Below are positions 37,201 to 49,876 of a stretch of DNA of 64,000 bases, piece after piece; within the stretch, counting starts at the first letter, position 1, and each line of letters starts with the position of its first letter. This stretch comes from Utricularia gibba (lineage: Eukaryota; Plantae; Magnoliophyta). The stretch lies in NCBI GenBank assembly GCA_002189035.1, contig CM007991.1, positions 4,650,001 to 4,714,000 on the forward strand, given 5' to 3'. Under the pieces are notes generated by a model. It was not told where the DNA came from, ran no database searches, and saw nothing but the letters and a program-made list of their open reading frames with translations. The position numbers were made by a program, and so were the translations under genes.

Positions 37201-38350
37201 TTACATGCTCAGCTTCCTCCTCTCCAAGCTCAACTCCTTGTTTAAAAATTTTAAGAATATCATGCTGCTCTTCATCAAAAACTTGCTCTACTAATTCATC
37301 AACGACATCAACTCCAGTCAAAGGTGCAAAATCATCAGGGAACTTTTCAGCTTCATTAGTCTTAAAGATAGAAATATCATCAGCATAACCAATAGTAATA
37401 GCTCCTTTCCTACAATTAATTTGAGCATTTGCAGTAGCTAAGAAAGGGCCTCCCAGAATTAAAGTATTATCATTCACCCTAGCTGGAGGCATTTTAACAA
37501 CAACAAAATCGCAAGGATAACAAGTGTTAGAAACTCGAACAAGAACATCTTCAGCAATACCCTCCGGATGGGCCACGGATCTGGTTGCAAGTTGTAATTT
37601 CAAGTTGGTTGGCCTGAGGGGTTCCAAATCAAGTGCCAAATAAACTTCATAAGGCATCATGTTGATTGAAGCGCCTTGATCTGCCATTGCCCTACTGATG
37701 AATTTAGTTCCTACCTGGATAGGAACAAAAAATGTTCCAGGGTCTGAACATTTTTCTGGCATCGGGTGTGTCAAGTATGCGGAGACTTGAGCATTGACTT
37801 TGATCACGTCCTCATCCTTGCTTTTCCTCTTCGAACTACACAAGTCCTTCAATACTTTCATTCCTTTCGGCACTTGCCTTAAATAATCTATAGCCTTCAT
37901 GGTGATCATTGCAGAGTCCAAGGCTGAAATGATAGAGTCCTTTTCTTCTTTCCTTGCTCGAGCTTGCAATTTTCCAGGAAAAGGAGGCGTCTTCTTGATC
38001 TCAACAACAGGTTCCCCTACTGCCTTTTCATGCTGCACCTTATCCTCAGAATTAATTTGAATCCCTTCTGCTGCTTTGTTGTGGCTTGTAGGGGCTTTCC
38101 GGTCAGGGAGCTGCTTTCCCCCACGAAGTTCTATAGCAGAAATGTTGGCCTTCGGATTAGCATTGGGCTGAGATGGTAATTTCCCTGAGTTTCCTTTCAG
38201 TTCAGTGAGCTTTGTAGCAAGTTGGCCAATTTGCCTCTCAAGACTCTTCATCATCTTCTCAGATTCAACATCCCTTTTGGCCTGTTCAGCATCCTTTTTT
38301 TCTTGTTCAGCATTACGTCTGGCCATGTTTTCCAGCATCATCTTCATCAT
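34240..38350 (-). pseudogene. pol: Athila gag C-terminus, protease, RT, RNase H and integrase with few lesions
   Basis: [56 protein letters not shown]; breaks near 35604, 35343 and 35265. Confidence 0.92.
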
Positions 38351-39291
38351 TTCTTCAGTGGAAGGAGGTGGTTTAACACCTGAAGTGCTTGGCTGGTCAA
38401 GTCTCTAATGTGGGGGTTGATAAGGCTTTCTTTGATACCTATTCCCCTGCTGAACACTAGGTCCTTGCTGAAACGAAATTGTTTGAACTGGTTGCTGCTG
38501 TTGATTAAATCCCAGATGTTGTGGATTTTCAACATTGGTGCTTCTCTAGCTGAAATTGGGATGATTCCTCATAGGCTCAAGTCGCTGGTCATTTTTGGGC
38601 CTGAAATAATCAGCTCTATTATTCAAGTACCCCATTGCATTCACTCCTTCAAGTGGTTCTTCTAGATTTCCTTTCATGGAGCAATGATCAGGAGTATGCC
38701 CCAAAATTCCACAAACTTCACAAGGCACGGATTTAGCATGAACAAGGAATAATCCTTTCACCATATCCTTCAATTCAGCAATATCCTTGTCATTTCTTGC
38801 TGCTTCATCCTCTCTCAATGTCCCCATTTCATGCACTTGTCACTGGGTTCGAGACCGAGATTGAGAATGCCTAGAATGGCTAACCATTTCTTTAATTTTC
38901 TCCCAGCCTTCAGATGGGGTAAGAGTTCTCATATTCCCATGTACAGCAGAATCCAACTTATCTCTTTGGGCAATAGTCAAGCCCTTCAAAAAACATTTCA
39001 CTTGCTTTAATTTATCAAATCCATGATGTGGGCAGCTCGAAAGGAGAGTTGTGAACCTATCCCAATACAGATGTAGAGGCTCATCATAATCCTGAAAAAT
39101 ATTTTCAATTTTGCTTCGAATTTCGTCTGCTCTAGAGGTAGGAAAAAACTGATTTAAAAATGCTTTCTTCATTTCCATCCAACTTCTAATACTTCCAGGT
39201 TCAAGTGTATTGAACCAAGTCTTGGCATGTCCTTCAAGAGTAAATTGGAAGACTCTAAGTAGTAAAACATCCTCAGTCAGTCATGTCCTTC

Positions 39292-40111
39292 AGAGCCCTT
39301 AGGCTTAAACCTAGCTTGGAACGCTTGAAAACAGAGTAATAGTTTGCAGAAACAGAGCATGGTTCGCAGGAACAGTAAAAGCGCGTTAAACTTAAAGGAA
39401 AATATGAAAAGCTTAAACAACAACATGTTCATAAGTATCGAAACACAACAGAAAGCATAAAAACAACGTCAATAACAGTAGCAAGTTCACGCAGAAAAAG
39501 GAGTGCAGAAATCTGTAAATAAAAGTTGCAGGATGCTTCTGTGGGCTGTGGATCTGTTGGAAATCGAAGTTCTGGCCGGAACGGTGGTGTGGACACGCTT
39601 ATCTGGAGGTCGCCGGAATTTTTCGCCAGAGAAACGACGTTCTCCTTGCTCCCCTCGCTCCTGTTTGCGGTCTTTGCACTCTGCGTGCATATTGTACTCT
39701 CCCCTCTTCTCTCCCTTCCTTTTCCCTTTTGCAGCTCAAAAGTAAGGGTAGCTTTGTCTTTTTCTCAGGCTTCTAGAAGGGAGATCTCTGCTCCATATCT
39801 TATCTCTTCAGAAGGGCGGCTACTTTCGGCGGAAAGTGGCTTTTGCATAGGTTTTCTGTCTCTTCTGACTTGTAAACGTTGAAAGTGCGCTGCTACAGTA
39901 CTAGCTCTTACCGTGGTAAGACTTAAAGCATAGACTAGACAAAATATTAAAGTTTTTGGCTCAATTGTTGCCAATTGAGACTATTTTCACAATAAACACA
40001 TTCTAGCAAACTAAATACGCAAAAGAAGAAATTTAGCATACTAAATAACATTTATCTCTACAAAACATGCTTAAAAACATATATAAAAACATAATAAAAA
40101 TGGTGTTATCA
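39292..40111 (-). repeat. Truncated Athila 5' LTR (820 bp retained)
   Basis: Ends GTTATCA; joined directly to mid-gag at 39281. Confidence 0.88.
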
Positions 40112-40201
40112 ATCAGCATTTTAAGTGTACATCAATTGTTAATTAATTGGATTTTTACTGCTATAAATTCATATAATATAATTTTAAAACCCTAGAAACC
40201 A

Positions 40202-40604
40202 TGATCAGATTCAATTCTGATTACGTGGAATTCATCCCAATTCAATTTAAGGCCCGTTTAAGTTTTTTAAACACTGTTTTGTGATAAGATGCATGAATAT
40301 CTCAGTTCAAAAGGAGATATAAATGAGGCACCGCCATTCACCGTTCTTGTGGTTTAGGTTCCTCAGCTGCCGTTGAAAAAAAAAATAAAGCAGTCCTGCA
40401 CAGCTTGACGCAGAAGCAGCATAGAACTACTGCTATCTTCTCGCATTTGAATAATGGCTGATCGACCTTTTTCGTTGCGAAAAGAGGTGGATGCGGGATC
40501 GAGGCACCAATATGCATCTTATCACATAACAGTGTTTAAAAAACTTAAAAGGGCCTTAAATTGAATGGGGATGAATTCCACGTAATCACAATTGAATTGG
40601 ATCA
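40202..40604. mobile_element. Foldback / MITE-like unit with 93-bp inverted arms
   Basis: 40202-40294 is the reverse complement of 40512-40604 with about 6 mismatches; 217-bp spacer; no clean TSD. Confidence 0.8.
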
Positions 40605-41766
40605 CCTACAATTATTCTCTTTGGTGCAAATCCGTGTCTTATGATATCTAGCATTTGAATTGTATTAATAATCGTCAAGAAAGTTACTAAGTAGCTAACT
40701 TCGATCATAAAACTGGAACTTATGCATCAGCTCATTTTTATATAATTATATTATATATGTTGTTTGAAATAGAAAGTTTATTGATGGATAATAAATAAAC
40801 TTTTATTAACAATGGTAACTGTTAATAAAAGTTTAACAGTGGTAACAAATGAATAGCAACCCATTTGAACACCGCATGGATATATCAGTCGTTTAGAAAC
40901 TAGAACACATGGTAATGCTTCACTTCTTAAAGCTTGTCACTCCGTCAATCAAGTTGAAGTTCTCACAATTTGTTTCCAAATGAGTCTGCTTTGAATGATT
41001 TCACAAGAGCCATTTTTTATGCATCATTGTTCCTCTGATTGTGCCTTGAAACAGTCTTTTGATAAAGAGCACCCATACCGCTAGTTCAGGATATGGTCGG
41101 CCAAGTGGCTCGCTGCATTCTCCACTTGACTTTCTTGGCTTGCCTCGTTTATTATGGTTCGAATTGGTATCTGCCAGCAGCTCTGTCTACTTCCTTCCCC
41201 TTTTTCAATGCCACATCCATCCGCAATTCAATATTTATACCATGTTACCTCACTGCCTTTGGGTTTTGACCCTCTGTTGTTCTCACTTCTTTTTCTCTCT
41301 CTGAACCACCAATCTTTTCAGGGTCTGGAGCTGGAAGCAAGCTGTGCTCTGCGAGTTTGTTGGATTGAAATGGAAGAACAGGAGCCGAGGGTGAATGATT
41401 GTGTTAGTTAGTTTGTGGCGGAGAAAAGGGGGAAAAAGTTGTTGTCTTTGGAGGTGGTACGAAGGATGGAGCGATCAGAGGGCTGATCCGATGGAATTAA
41501 AGAAGAGCAATATTGAAGCTAAAATACTTGTATTCACTTAACGAAACACAATGTTGAATATAACCTTATTTATAATAGAAAGTAAACATGAAACTCGCTA
41601 TTGCATCAAGATTACCGTCGATGAACCATCAAAATATCTGTAACTGAATAATCCGCTACAGCTGCTACGCTGGTGCACCCATGGGGTCATGAGGTTTGAT
41701 TGCAGGCTCGAACCGAGACTCTGTCTTTAGTTGTTTGCGTCATTCGGAATCTTTTGTGGCTGCTCT

Positions 41767-42084
41767 ATGCGACTGTTGGTCTTTATCCTCTTCTTCGTCT
41801 CCTATGGTTCATTTGCCATGGCAAACGGCCCGTTGAGAGACTCCCAGCGGCTTATTTTTTTCAAGAATTCTCTCCTCTCAACCAGAGTTTTCTCTAGTTG
41901 GAAACCGGGGGCGTCTCCCTGCAATTCTGTTGGCATTTCTTGCAAGAACTCCAGAGTGTCATATATTGACCTCTCTAATCTCCCCCTCATGGAGAGAGGA
42001 GCCCCTCGTTGCACGACAAGATTGGTCGGAAATATCCCTACGCCAGTTTACAAGTATTATGAGACCATGAAGTTGCCACGCTAA
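41767..42084 (+). pseudogene. BRI1: BRI1-like LRR receptor kinase N-terminal fragment (signal peptide plus LRR N-cap), short open ORF of 105 aa
   Basis: ANGPLRDSQRLIFFKNSL..SW..SPCNSVGISCKNSRVSYIDLSN matches the recalled tomato BRI1 N-terminus (NGLYKDSQQLLSFKAAL..PCSFTGVSCKNSRVSSIDLSN); homology stops at 41988. Confidence 0.8.
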
Positions 42085-42103
42085 GCATGCAGAAACTACG
42101 TAC

Positions 42104-42197
42104 CTTTCCTTGATTGTCTCCATTAGTAGCCACTAGAGGAAGCTCAGCAACATCTGGTCCAAATATCCTCAGAAGAGCAGCTGATACGATGAAAGAG
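42104..42197 (-). pseudogene. Isolated 94-nt exon of a PHD-finger GNAT acetyltransferase (IDM1 family)
   Basis: TTTTGTACAG acceptor, then SFIVSAALLRIFGPDVAELPLVATNGDNQGK, then GTACGT donor. Matches the family motif VVSAGILRIFGxEVAELPLVAT. Confidence 0.8.
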
Positions 42198-43699
42198 CTG
42201 TACAAAACCAGGTTAATTGTTGTGTCCCAACATATCAAAACGCGACTTTGCAATCAAAACGACACACTACATTCCACTCAATTCTTGTCCTGATATGTTC
42301 AAAATATTAAAAATTAAGACAATCAACGAATCATATGTTAATTGACTAATCTAAGCAGAACATTTTGGCTACACCAATATAATAAAATATGCTTATTTAA
42401 GAATAACATACATCCTTAAATAATTGGAATTCTCTCAATTTGTGGATGGACGAGTGTAATAAATGAATAACTTTAAGTAAATACAGATACATATACCTAT
42501 GGTATTTGTAAGACATTGAATTGGGGTAGGTCACAATTCACTTCATTCCATAAATGAGTTTGCCTAATTATTTGGCCTACATCTACCTAAGTAGTTTTAA
42601 ATCTAGATCCCACTCTTTAAGCAAAAATCTACAGAACTTCTTCGTACAAGATCCTTTAGCATTTACAAATGAATTCTTGTTCCACCCATGCACTGAAATT
42701 ATATGATACTTTAAGTAGTTAGTGCTTGGTGAATCTATTGTAAAGAAGTATAGAGTATAAAAGGGGAAAAAAACAATTGGTCACTATTGTTCTAAATCAT
42801 ACATCCATATACTTTTTTTCATGAAACTAATTTCATTATAAAATCATTTTATTAAATTTGATATGTAAAAATACCGTCATTCATGTCCTATGTCCTAATT
42901 CAAAGGTTAAAAATATAAGAAGTAGAATCCCATAAAGTGACTAGAAGCGACCGTTTTTAAGGTTAGGAGAGAAATAATTTCCTAGAATAGTGTAGAGTAG
43001 ACTCTAGAGGATTGTTAGTTAATTAATTTTAAAAAGATAAAATGACATAATTTTGTAAATAAAAAATAAATACAGATAATTTGCATAATAAATTAATATT
43101 GTAAGTGGCAAATATATCAAGGCAATGGTTTGTCGATCTCTGTTTCTTCCCTCTCGTGTGGTTTGGTTCCTTGCCTTCGTCTCCATTCTTGTGTCCTCAC
43201 TTCTTTCGCTGCTTTTCGCTGTAAATCTAGAGTTTTTCTCCATCGACTGGAATGCTGGTTCTGGTGCTGGTATGATATCCCATTTCCCTGCTTCGGTTGG
43301 ATGAAGATAAACTAATTTTTTTAAAATACGGATAGGCTTAAGCATTGAAAATGTTTTCGAGATGGATGCAGCCTTACTCTCGGAGATTATCTTGTATTCC
43401 CCTGGCTTAATGCCAAGGGCTCTCAAGAACTTATTTTTCATTTCTCGGTGATAGAGCAAAATATTAATGTAGAATTGACTGCTATGGACACCCCTCCCAC
43501 AAATGCCATCAAATTTCTAGATGTTGATTTCTGACCATCAACATGTTACATACACAATTTATTTGGTGGCACTTAACACATTGGTTGGTAACATAAAGAA
43601 AAACAAAGGATTAATACATCAAATTTGCAATTTATTATTTATTAGCTTTCATACAATAACTAATGTACTACATAGTGATAAGATCCACATCATTCAATG

Positions 43700-43970
43700 A
43701 AAATCAGACAAAACAAGCATCACACTCAATGACTATTGTGATTAGCAGTAGTTACTAAGCAGGGTTTAACGTCATTGGATTGCTCATATACTGGGCCGAC
43801 AACTACACTGAATAAGAGATGTCAAGTCTAGTAAGAGTCAAATAAATTAGCTTCCCAATCAGTTGTCGGTATGTGGTTGGATCTTTCAGTAGTGTAGAGT
43901 CTCATTGATGTAGTTGGTGTGTTCGGTCTAGAGGTGTCGCTGCAAGCTTTGATCCGAGTAATCTAAGTTA
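43700..43970 (-). pseudogene. Copia RT remnant
   Basis: LAATPLD..LLKDPTTYRQLIGKL. Confidence 0.6.
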
Positions 43971-44109
43971 GCTTAGTAGGTCAAGGACATATTTTTTTTG
44001 ACATATATATATCCCTCGATTAGAATGGGCAATTTCTATCCTTAGAAAATATTTCAATCAACCAAGATCCTTTAGCTTAGATGTAATTGGAATATGGAGC
44101 TTAGTACTA

Positions 44110-46020
44110 TGGTAAGCTAACTCATTTGTGGGAAGACATGGACAGAATATTGCCGCTACCATCTTGCACTTTTGCAATGGCACATATATCCACTTGTGAG
44201 ATAAGGAAATTATTGAGGGAAAGAGAGGAATCCATCAAAGTGCATCATTTTTTGATTGGATTAACAAATGCTCATGATGCAATAAAAAACCAAATACTGT
44301 TATTGGAGCTTGTGCCACTATGGAATAGGGTTTATGGGATGGTCATGAAGATGAATCAATAGATGAAAGTTCAAATATCCATTGGCGATATAGGGAATAA
44401 CATAGCTCTAACTGTAATGAAAAACACACATAATAAACAAGGAGGTAGAGAGAAAGCAATCTAGAAAGATGGAAGAGTTGTAGAAAAATGATGTAAAAAA
44501 TGTCAAATAGTAGTGCACACAATTCATAACTGCTTCTAGATACATGGATATCCAAATTGGTGGAAGCAAAAAGGGAACAAGAATGCAAAATATAAAGGTA
44601 AGAGTTTTGCAAATCTGGCTCAAATTAATGATCAAGAATCAATTGCAGGTTGCATGACTTTGAGAGTTCAATACAAGCATTGCAACAGGAGTTGAGACAC
44701 TTAAAAATACTGATTATTTCAAGTGGAACAAATCTGGATTTGCGACGAGAAGACTTTACAAGTATGCCTTCAATACTTGCTTCTAATAGTGACTTTGTTA
44801 CATGGATAGTAGATTTAGAAAAACACAACCATTATGCTCCCTACATCCTATTTATTTTGCCGATGGATCCACCTTCCTTGGTAATCATACTGCAATTGCC
44901 AATCTACCATTGGACATTATATTTCAGGACCTTAAAGCCTCCAAAACACTTGTTGTTGCTCTAGTTAAGAGTGGTCTCTACTGGCTAGATGGCAACTCTT
45001 TTGATCTATCAAAACATTCAGCTACTTTGTTTAAATATTGTCACGAGCAACAAAATTGTATCCAAACCTGAAAACTAGTTTTGAATAATTAAAGTGTCAT
45101 GCTTTCCATTTTGGAAAGCAAACAAGAATGCCCTATCCATAATTCTTCCGGTATCTTAAATGCCTATAGGAAAGAAAGTTATAGGCAGCAAGTGGTTCTA
45201 CAATAATAAATTAAATCTAGATGGACATTTGAATAGGCACAAAGCAACACTTATTGCTCAAGGGTTTAATCATACAGAAGGTGTGGATTATGTTAAAAAT
45301 TTCTCTTGAGTTGCTAAGATTGTCACTGTTCGGTTGCTTTTAGCTTTGGAAATGGCTAAAGGATGGACTATCTGTCAGTTGGATGTTAATAATGCATTTC
45401 TACATGGATCAATAGAGGAAGAGGTTTACATGATTCCTCTAGAAGAGTTACATTTTTAAAATAAACACATTATGAGTAAACTTAAGAAAGCCATTTATGG
45501 CTTGAAACAAGCATCTAGAAGTTGGAACAAAGAATAATCAAAGAGTTTTCTTCAAGTGAGATATACTAGATTAGAAGGCTGCTCATTGTCTTTTTACAAA
45601 AGCAGAAGATGAGTCATTTATTGCACTCTTGGTTTATGTTGATGATATTTTATTGATTGGGAACATGATGAGTGAGTTGAATCATGTGAAATGATACCTG
45701 AATGATATTATCACAATTAAGGAACGAGGATCACCTTCTTATTATCTTGGAATTGAGGTGGATAATTCAAAAAATGGCATGTTTTGTAGCCAGCGCAAGT
45801 ATATCAAAGACATCATTACTGAAATGCACATGGAGAACACTAAACCTGTGGAACAAGTTTTTCTCCTGGCATGAAACTGAATGGCAACATACTTGAAGTA
45901 GAATTGTTTCACGATCTCAACCAGTATAGACAATTAGTTGTAGGTTTTTGTATTTAGGTTTCACCAGACATGATATTACTTATGCAACACAACAACTCAA
46001 TCAATATAAGGAAAAGACTC
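44110..46020 (+). mobile_element. Decayed Ty1/copia (Ale-like) gag and RT remnant; integrase largely missing
   Basis: [49 protein letters not shown]. Confidence 0.8.
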
Positions 46021-46029
46021 ATTTCAGCA

Positions 46030-46937
46030 ACTAGTATTTTTTTTAATAATTTATTTATTGTAATTTTTTATGTTATCTTTTAGTTTATGTATTTTTGGGA
46101 ATGCAAGATAAGGGCAAGAGACTGAATGAAAGAAGGGGCTTTTTGCTTTCAGTGTATTCTGATTTTTTACAGAGAGTTCTTGACTTAATGTTGATTGGAT
46201 TTGGGGCTAAGATTTTGGAAATGGGTGAAAATATTTCACTATATCAAATATTATTGAAGAAAATTTACTCTTATTAATACTTCAAATCCTAAATCTAAAC
46301 TCACTTTTTTTAAGTTAATTTTTTCTGGTTTTGCTATTGGTTCGATCTATGTCATTGTATCATGATTAGAAGCATTGGATGGATCATATTTTGATTAAAC
46401 TATATATAGAGTTCTTGAGTTGATTAGATGGATCAAATACTAAAAAATGTGGGTAGAACGAGTAGAGATTGGTAGACCTAACTCTACATATTTTGCATGT
46501 GGGTAGATCTAGTTGTGAAATTGGTGATGATATTGGAGACTATCTTAGCCAAAAACATGATAAATGACGTGGATGTCTTGAGTATAGAAATATTGTCAAT
46601 TGAATTGAGAACCTGAATACCACATCACGTGTATACCTTGGAGCATCTTAGTGTTACTTTGTACCAGAGCAATTATTTGTCACCTTTTATGTTGGGATTT
46701 TATTTTATGTATTAAACTTACCTACCATTACTAGTTTCAACTTAGACTAAAAACAACATTTATTCTAAATTCTATATCTGTTAGAACACTTTGCATGCAT
46801 AAACTCCTTGTGATCCATCCCGAATTTCATTTTACATTTTATATTTAATATATATTTTTTGAGGATTAGGGATTATAAATTTATTTGATACAAAGATTTC
46901 ATTTCTTGCAACGATTTTAAGAAATTTTCGTTTATCA
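46030..46937 (+). repeat. Athila-like LTR fragment, start eroded
   Basis: Ends GAAATTTTCGTTTATCA, similar to the end of the solo LTR at 8259. Confidence 0.5.
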
Positions 46938-47029
46938 GTTGATGTTTTTCTTTGAAAAATTACTTGATTTTTTCATGATGTTAAATTTAGTTCATGCTTA
47001 TAATTTGTGATAATAGTTATACAAACTGT

Positions 47030-47270
47030 GAAGAATTGTTAAATCCTTATAAAATAGTCCAATATCATCTGAAAAACTCTGCCATAAAATGCAAAAGAGT
47101 ACTTCAATATGTGACATTCATTTTCTAGGAATGCAATTGAAAAGGCTTGGTGCATGATGAAAATAAGATAGCGTATTTTAAGTAATGCAGTTTTTATGCA
47201 ATTGAGTTTCAAAGTTTGATTATTTTGGCTTGTACTCTTCTACATAATTTCATACGTAAAGTTATGAAAT
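47030..47270 (+). pseudogene. PIF/Harbinger DDE transposase C-terminal remnant
   Basis: NAKEYFNM*HSFSRNAIEKA...IEFQSLIILACTLLHNFIRKVM, compared with the family pattern KELFNxRHSSxRNVIERAFG...IIxACCxLHNFIR. Confidence 0.75.
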
Positions 47271-49366
47271 GGCTTGGGCCTTGATTTCTCCTTAAATTGA
47301 TCCGAAAATATCCCAAAAATCTACAAAATGCACTTTTTCCCAAAAATATCAAAATAATGTAAAAGATGTAAATTCAATTGAAAATGATGAGAAAGTAAAT
47401 TTGAGTTAGGTAAAAACAATATTCAAGGGTGATAAAAAAACATATTTTAGAACAATACAAAATCACTTATTAGGAATTCATTAATCCATAAAATACAAAA
47501 TTGAAATAAAAAAGAGAATTCAGAATGAGAAGCAAGAACCAAGATATTTCTTGTTGTACATCAAAGCTCTCAAGAAAAAAATGCAACTTTGATGGGTTCC
47601 TCAAAATTACTTCGTTAACTGTCATTTACTAAATAGCATTCAACTAAAGTGGGATATTTCGAATGATAGCAATCAAAAAGTTTGCTTATCCATCAAATTT
47701 CATGCTTCTGAAATTTGGACAATTGTTCCTCTCTCTAAGTCAATCAATAGCTTTCTAGAGTCAGAAACCCTCTTCCTCTTCCTAGAGTTAGATGCATCTT
47801 TTGAATCAACATCAACATTGTTTGCATTAGATTTGTTGCGTGTGAAGTGTGTATTTGTATTTATAAGAGATGGTTAGCCTTCATATGCTAGAGAATCATT
47901 TAAGGAACGATTGTTGGGTTGACTTTCATTACTGAATGCATGTTTATTGATTTCCAATAACATTGTTGCATCATCAATTCCTAAGTTGTGGTTTTCAATC
48001 TGCCTTTGTTTATATTTTGCATCATAAAAAGATGTGGCATACTTTCGAGTAGCCCTACCATTCCCATAAGTTTTGACCCAATGATTGTAAAAAGTGCATG
48101 ATGTGTATTTTACAATATTGTACTCTCTTTAGTTATGCTTCTCCAACATAAAATATGCAAAGATGGTTAAATATTGAATAAAAAAATATTTCAAATGTGT
48201 TAATAGAAATTTGATATGTTGATGCGACCCTCCAAACAAAGAAGTGTTTGACAAATTAGATCTTGATTTTCAATAAGGAATCGTTTAAAAAAAAGATAAA
48301 GTTAGGCTCAAGGAATGAATATCCTTGCAAAAATAGTGGTCACACTCACAAATTAAGGAAGAAGATTGGAGCAATTAACCACAGTGCAAACCAAGAACGA
48401 AGTTTGATAAGTCTAAAATTTTACAAAAATAAGAAATTCGAGTATTGCTCTCAAAACATATTACAATCATAATTGTTCATAAACAAGGGTTTGCTCCTTA
48501 TATAGGTATTGAAATTGGTCAAATCAAAAGAAAGTAATAATATTGAACTAAGAGAATAACAAAGATAGAGTTAAATTAGCAATTAATTCACTATTATCAT
48601 GACCTACTTTTAGGGTTTAGAAAAGATAAGTCGCGACCATCCAATCCTTACTAAAATCTAGAATTCAATGTCTCTTTCATAATGCGATCCATAAACATCA
48701 AAATGATTAAATGCATATGTAAACTAAACATAAGTCTTTGTCCAAGTGTTTATTGTCAAATATAGTTCATAAGTTCATAATCAAATAGATTCAAAATGTA
48801 ATATATATTGTATATACATGTTACGTGTCATTTTTTACTTATTTATTATATATTGTTATGTGCTAATTAAGTATTAAGTCACATAAATTAGAAGTTCTAT
48901 TAATAAATATTTAATTTTATTAGAAAAATCCAATTACTATTATTTGTATATATTTTTGTTATTTTTTTGTGTACTTTTATCGAAAGTGGTAGGAGGTAGT
49001 TTTGGAGTGGCCCAAAAGACTTGTAGGAGACAAGACATTGACATTTCATTCCTTTTATGCCACTTGAATCCGAGATGGGTGGAAGCCTGATATTGTTCAT
49101 GGCCCATGACTTATGATACATCAGAGGTTCCAATAATAATTAGGTGCTTACTTGCACGAATGGAAAAGGTGGCTGCGCACACAAGACAAAAAAGAATGAT
49201 CGAAAGAGAGTGGAGGAAGGAAAGACATGTGGGGGAATGAATTAAATAAAACTTGGAATACTTTGAATTTGATTTTTTTCCCACTTTTTGCACTATGACT
49301 TTTAGTTCTTCCTTTCCACTACACGGAGGAAGAACACTTTCCTTCTCACAATTTTCTTTTCTCTTT

Positions 49367-49876
49367 TTATGGCCATTCGTGGCTAAACTTTTTTAATATC
49401 TGGGAATAGATAAAGTTTCGTTCTATGTTTTGAACATCAATCTTGGTTCTTCTCTGAATTTCTTCTGAATTTTGCATATTTTCACGCATCACATCGCAAT
49501 CTTTTTGTAATGTCTCATAGTCACGGTTCATGAGTAACCGCCACTTCTCGCAGATTTTGATAAAGAGCACCATCTCCAACCCTATTGGTTCAAGGGATAT
49601 AACGAATTGTCTTTGATCAGGATACCGAGATAATAGGTGGGTAGCGACCTTGTACCCACCATTGATTATTGGTAAAAGCTGGGTACACGCGCAGAATTCG
49701 GTTTTGAGAGCAATCAATGACAATGCTCTTATTCTCTCAATCATCCAAGGGAGAATCATATGAGACTTTTTCTGTGCCTCCTTGTCAATTAGAGTGTAAA
49801 GGAGAATAGAATATTCCTTGCTCTTATAACCAGTTATTCGAAAAAAATTAGTGAAAGCTGACGTGAGGATGGACAA
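49367..49876 (-). CDS. Uncharacterised 169-aa ORF with a predicted coiled-coil C-terminus
   Basis: 510-bp open frame in AT-rich surroundings; no confident family match. Confidence 0.3.
   Translation of the reverse strand: MSILTSAFTNFFRITGYKSKEYSILLYTLIDKEAQKKSHMILPWMIERIRALSLIALKTEFCACTQLLPIINGGYKVATHLLSRYPDQRQFVISLEPIGLEMVLFIKICEKWRLLMNRDYETLQKDCDVMRENMQNSEEIQRRTKIDVQNIERNFIYSQILKKFSHEWP

Larger units (their letters stand above)
30103..40111 (-). mobile_element. Athila-type Ty3/gypsy element with env-like ORF; PBS, leader and gag N-terminus deleted
   Basis: gag remnant 38546-39281, 948-aa gag-PR-RT-RH ORF, integrase, accessory ORF, 3' UTR, truncated 5' LTR. Confidence 0.9.

Noticed and set aside
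40860-41700. Possible copia 5' end (LTR, degenerate PBS, gag) next to the BRI1 fragment
   Set aside because: Too decayed to support; the PBS match is poor.
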